Shown piece after piece: positions 59,599-61,999 of a DNA stretch of 61,999 nt. The DNA comes from Sedimentisphaerales bacterium. GTDB taxonomy: Bacteria; Planctomycetota; Phycisphaerae; Sedimentisphaerales; Anaerobacaceae. A program made the translations under genes and the position numbers. Under the pieces are notes generated by a model. It was not told where the DNA came from. It made no database searches and was given only the letters and a program-made list of their open reading frames with translations. Within the stretch, counting starts at the first letter, position 1; each line of letters opens with the position of its first letter. The DNA is taken from contig DATKWR010000836.1 of assembly GCA_035529475.1 (NCBI GenBank), positions 1 to 61,999 on the forward strand, written 5' to 3'.

Positions 59599-59775
59599 AC
59601 GGCGTGTGGTCGACGGATGCCGTACATGCCGTGATATGCCTCATCTACCAAGGTGCAAACCTGTAAGCGTAGAAGGAGATCTTTCGCCGTCCGGCTTTAG
59701 TCAGGCGGGGATTGCAGGCCGAGGCCACAACCTGGCCAAGGGATGTGCAAATTTCTAACCGGTGTGAGGATTCAG
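59599..59775 (+). promoter_or_regulatory. about 175-nt leader downstream of P3, with hairpins and a TTCTAACCGGT motif
   Basis: GTACGGC (59597) pairs with GCCGTAC (59619), and GGCCA (59723) pairs with TGGCC (59733). The track ORF 59564..59758 starts inside the promoter and has no SD. Confidence 0.35.
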
Positions 59776-59937
59776 ATGGATGAATCGTGGGAACGCCTTG
59801 AGTGGGAGGACTTTTTGGAGTTCGTGAAGCAGATACGATTGGTTCACAAAGGGGTCAGTCTGGCCATTCGTGCGCTCAATACTTTTCACACATACGTACT
59901 CTGGAGCCTATCCGGTTTCACACACAACGATCCATGA
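59776..59937 (+). CDS. hypothetical protein
   Basis: Trimmed to ATG 59776, which follows GTGAGGATTCAG. 53 aa. Confidence 0.45.
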   Translation: MDESWERLEWEDFLEFVKQIRLVHKGVSLAIRALNTFHTYVLWSLSGFTHNDP

Positions 59938-60010
59938 TCGGGCTAGGCAGTTCTTTTTGGCCGAATGTAGTGAACAGCCAGATGACGTTATTCTGAGTTT
60001 GAACTAACCA

Positions 60011-60316
60011 ATGTCTGAAGACTTCTACGCCTTGAAACCGTTGGATTACGATGTCGAACTTGGCAGAATGCTCAACCTAGTTGGCTTTGAGCTGATTGGG
60101 ACGCGGTCGCGGTTTCACGAGCAAGTCACCATCATTCGGGCTAGCAAATACAGCGAACGGTGGAAGCAGAAGCAGGAAATCATCTATTCCACGCCCACGA
60201 TGTTCAACCGCGCACGCATAGTCCGTTGCATAGAGGACGCTTGGAATAGGTATGATGAGGACGGGCCGCCAGAATGCGATATGTCGGAAGGCGGCAAAGT
60301 TCTAACGGGCCAATAG
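60011..60316 (+). CDS. hypothetical protein
   Basis: 101 aa. Confidence 0.5.
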   Translation: MSEDFYALKPLDYDVELGRMLNLVGFELIGTRSRFHEQVTIIRASKYSERWKQKQEIIYSTPTMFNRARIVRCIEDAWNRYDEDGPPECDMSEGGKVLTGQ

Positions 60317-60370
60317 AATAACGGGGTACGCCGAAACGGGGTGGGTGGGGCGGCGAAACAAGGAGGAGGC

Positions 60371-60808
60371 ATGGTCGGTGATGAACTGTGGGCAAAGGCC
60401 GTGATAGCTGCGCTGAGACGGGCAATGCGGACGGAAGTGACCTATCACCAGGCCTATTGCCACAGCGACACCGCGTGGATGCAGAGGCAAAAGGAGGAAC
60501 TTGAAACGGCATGGGTCAGGGTTGAAAACGCCCTAGTCGAGAGGAACAATACCTATTTCCTGACGACCAAACAGGCCCTAGACTACATACAAAAGGTGGC
60601 CCATGAAATGTTCATGTCGGTGCAGGTATGTCCGGTAGCCGAGGATCACGCGGTATTGCACGTCATGGGACCGCGCGGGTTTGATGACGCCTCCAAGACA
60701 CTGACACCGGAATTCATAGACAAGATCAGGTGGCATCCACACCGTTATGTGATAATCAAGGAGATGCTACAGGATTGGGAAACGGGCTTTGTGGGACCAA
60801 ATAGGTGA
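60371..60808 (+). CDS. hypothetical protein
   Basis: Trimmed to ATG 60371, which follows CAAGGAGGAGGC. 145 aa. Confidence 0.6.
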   Translation: MVGDELWAKAVIAALRRAMRTEVTYHQAYCHSDTAWMQRQKEELETAWVRVENALVERNNTYFLTTKQALDYIQKVAHEMFMSVQVCPVAEDHAVLHVMGPRGFDDASKTLTPEFIDKIRWHPHRYVIIKEMLQDWETGFVGPNR

Positions 60809-60818
60809 AGGAGGAGCC

Positions 60819-61181
60819 ATGCTGATCGAGACGGAATGGGCGGATTTGGATTTCGGGGAAAGTGCAGTCCAGATTGTGTCCAAGCGCCATCGAACCAATG
60901 AGGACGGGACGATTTGTCATAAGGGGGGCAGTCGCTGGTGGATTCCGTATGACCAGGTGCGGACGATTTACGTGGACAACAACGCCGACATCTGGTGGAT
61001 CGTGCACGTACGGACAGAGGGGCAGTCATTGCCGGGGATAACCCTCAAGGCTGACGAAGAGGCTTCACGCACGGCGATTGCAGAGATGATTCGCAGGATA
61101 GAAGCCCAGAGGGCCGCTCACTCTATCGACAGCAGCGCATTCAAGTTATTGCATATGAACAAGGAGGATTCAAGTGACTGA
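60819..61181 (+). CDS. hypothetical protein
   Basis: Trimmed to ATG 60819, which follows GAAGGAGGAGCC. 120 aa. Confidence 0.6.
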   Translation: MLIETEWADLDFGESAVQIVSKRHRTNEDGTICHKGGSRWWIPYDQVRTIYVDNNADIWWIVHVRTEGQSLPGITLKADEEASRTAIAEMIRRIEAQRAAHSIDSSAFKLLHMNKEDSSD

Positions 61182-61344
61182 GACGACAAAACAGGAAGAG
61201 ATGCCGAGCGTCGGCCTGCTAACGGCATTGAGCCAGATGGGGGAGGCGCTGAAGCAGAAGGGGGAGCCGGGGAACCGTCTTGCGGAGGCCCGCAAGGCCC
61301 TGGACGCGGCGATACTGGAATGGGCCGCCGGGGAAGAGGAATAA
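61174..61344 (+). CDS. 56-aa hypothetical protein, below the track cutoff
   Basis: GTG follows AAGGAGGATTCAA. VTETTKQEEMPSVGLLTALSQMGEALKQKGE.... Confidence 0.45.
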   Translation: MTETTKQEEMPSVGLLTALSQMGEALKQKGEPGNRLAEARKALDAAILEWAAGEEE

Positions 61345-61694
61345 TGGCCAAATGCCCAGAGTGTGGGGAAAGAGTGGCGGCAAAATTGAGAGCATTCGCG
61401 GTTGACTTCCGCGAAAAAGAGGGCGCATCATATGGGAAGGATGCCGAAGCATTACGTGAGGAAGGATGGACACTGTGGAGACATGGCAATGTAGGAAACT
61501 ACTGCTATGTCTGGGTATTCCGCGAACCCGAGCCGACGCTGTTGGAGGCGACGCTGCTGGAGGCAGCACGCCAAATGGCGAAAACTGCCAAGCAAGTTTA
61601 TGATGCCGGTCCGTCTTGCAATAGGGGGATTCTTTTGCAGATGGGGGAGGCATTATCAGCATTAGAGCAAGCCATTGAAAGGCAAAAGGAGTGA
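61344..61694 (+). CDS. hypothetical protein, paralog family A with an N-terminal zinc-ribbon
   Basis: TAATG junction. MAKCPECGERVAAKLRAFAVDF...GWTLW..YCYVWVFREPEPTLLEATLLEAARQM. It contains a 15-bp tandem duplication. Confidence 0.65.
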   Translation: MAKCPECGERVAAKLRAFAVDFREKEGASYGKDAEALREEGWTLWRHGNVGNYCYVWVFREPEPTLLEATLLEAARQMAKTAKQVYDAGPSCNRGILLQMGEALSALEQAIERQKE

Positions 61695-61990
61695 GGACGC
61701 GCACGTACCGCCTGGAATGCGACATCTGCAAAAGCACATTCTCTCGCGCGCCAGTTGCGCCCACGGATTATGGGATTGGCTTGGAGCTACGCAGATTGGC
61801 CAGAATGAAGGGCTGGGTGCGGTGTAAGGCGCATGGCAAGTGGTTTGATTTCTGTCCCAAGGGTACGCGGGAATTGACAAGCGACACTAGGGCCGCGCAT
61901 CGCGAGATGCCCGATCTGGTGGGCAAGGTGCTCGTGTCGCCAGAGGAGGCTAGACGGGAGGCCAGGAAGGAACATGCAAGGAGGAGATGA
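61691..61990 (+). CDS. Cys-containing basic hypothetical protein
   Basis: 99 aa with a GTGA overlap. Its stop lies within the terminal overlap. Confidence 0.55.
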   Translation: MRTRTYRLECDICKSTFSRAPVAPTDYGIGLELRRLARMKGWVRCKAHGKWFDFCPKGTRELTSDTRAAHREMPDLVGKVLVSPEEARREARKEHARRR

Positions 61991-61999
61991 TGGCAGACG
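61988..61999. repeat. 12-nt terminal overlap identical to positions 1-12 (TGATGGCAGACG). The contig closes into a circle of about 61,987 bp.
   Basis: Exact match of the window end to the window start, read directly from the sequence. Confidence 0.8.

Noticed and set aside
59564-59758. A 64-aa track ORF starting at TTG.
   Set aside because: Its TTG start is the first three bases of the TTGACA -35 box of promoter P3. There is no SD, and the region is better explained as a promoter plus leader.
1-61999. Genome-wide TGA reassignment, considered because of the in-frame TGA in the HNH gene.
   Set aside because: Dozens of genes terminate in TGA within ATGA/GTGA stop-start overlaps that give sensible protein ends (terL, GT paralogs, the Panacea-like gene). 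TGA is therefore a normal stop in this genome.
1-61999. A prophage with att sites, integrase, transposase or other mobile element, and any tRNA, rRNA or CRISPR array.
   Set aside because: There is no tyrosine or serine recombinase or transposase motif. I found no T-loop-like GGTTCGAATCC-type sequences in intergenic regions and no spaced direct-repeat array. The 12-nt end overlap indicates a closed phage genome rather than an integrated element.

Overview
The window is one complete, circularly closed genome of a tailed dsDNA phage. Positions 1-12 are identical to 61988-61999, so the unit length is about 61,987 bp. The phage has HK97-fold head genes and a long non-contractile (sipho-type) tail module. 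Every convincing gene is on the + strand. Genes are tightly packed, most have strong AGGAGG-type Shine-Dalgarno sites, and many junctions are ATGA/GTGA stop-start overlaps. The minus-strand ORFs in the track look like antisense shadows of GC-rich coding sequence.

Modules, in order:
- 0.2-5.0 kb: small early-type ORFs plus a TerS-like gene.
- 5.0-14.2 kb: packaging and head genes, including TerL, a portal-MuF fusion, and a ChaB-like/prohead protease/major capsid fusion.
- 14.3-25.3 kb: an unusual island of about 11 kb holding glycosyltransferase, methyltransferase, kinase-like and acetyltransferase genes, wedged between the head genes and the neck genes.
- 25.3-38.6 kb: neck and tail genes, including the tail tube, G/GT chaperone with a classic -1 slippery site, a 1835-aa tape measure with 198-bp periodic repeats, Dit-like protein, tandem paralogous tip proteins and a fibre.
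- 38.8-41.1 kb: accessory block with a metallophosphoesterase, a DUF4065/Panacea-like protein coupled to a 3-TM protein, and a holin-like protein.
- 41.1-57.3 kb: a terminator, operator and promoter, then an early/replication block. It contains an XRE regulator, RecT/Bet-like recombinase, T5orf172-like protein, replication initiator, DnaC-like loader, PD-(D/E)XK nuclease, HNH nuclease, an SPPY DNA methyltransferase and many small ORFs.
- 57.4-59.5 kb: a separately promoted two-domain lysin and an HNH gene interrupted by one in-frame TGA.
- 59.6-62.0 kb: small ORFs running across the circular junction.

I found no tRNA, rRNA, CRISPR array, integrase, reverse transcriptase or transposase.

The best candidate for a novel system is the glycan-building/tailoring island in the structural operon, which I interpret as candidate virion glycosylation. 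Secondary candidates are the Panacea-like/3-TM pair, three near-identical sigma70-like promoters (two followed by long structured leaders), and a recurring CTAACCGG motif next to ribosome-binding sites.

All homology statements come from reading motifs by eye. None has been checked by a database search.
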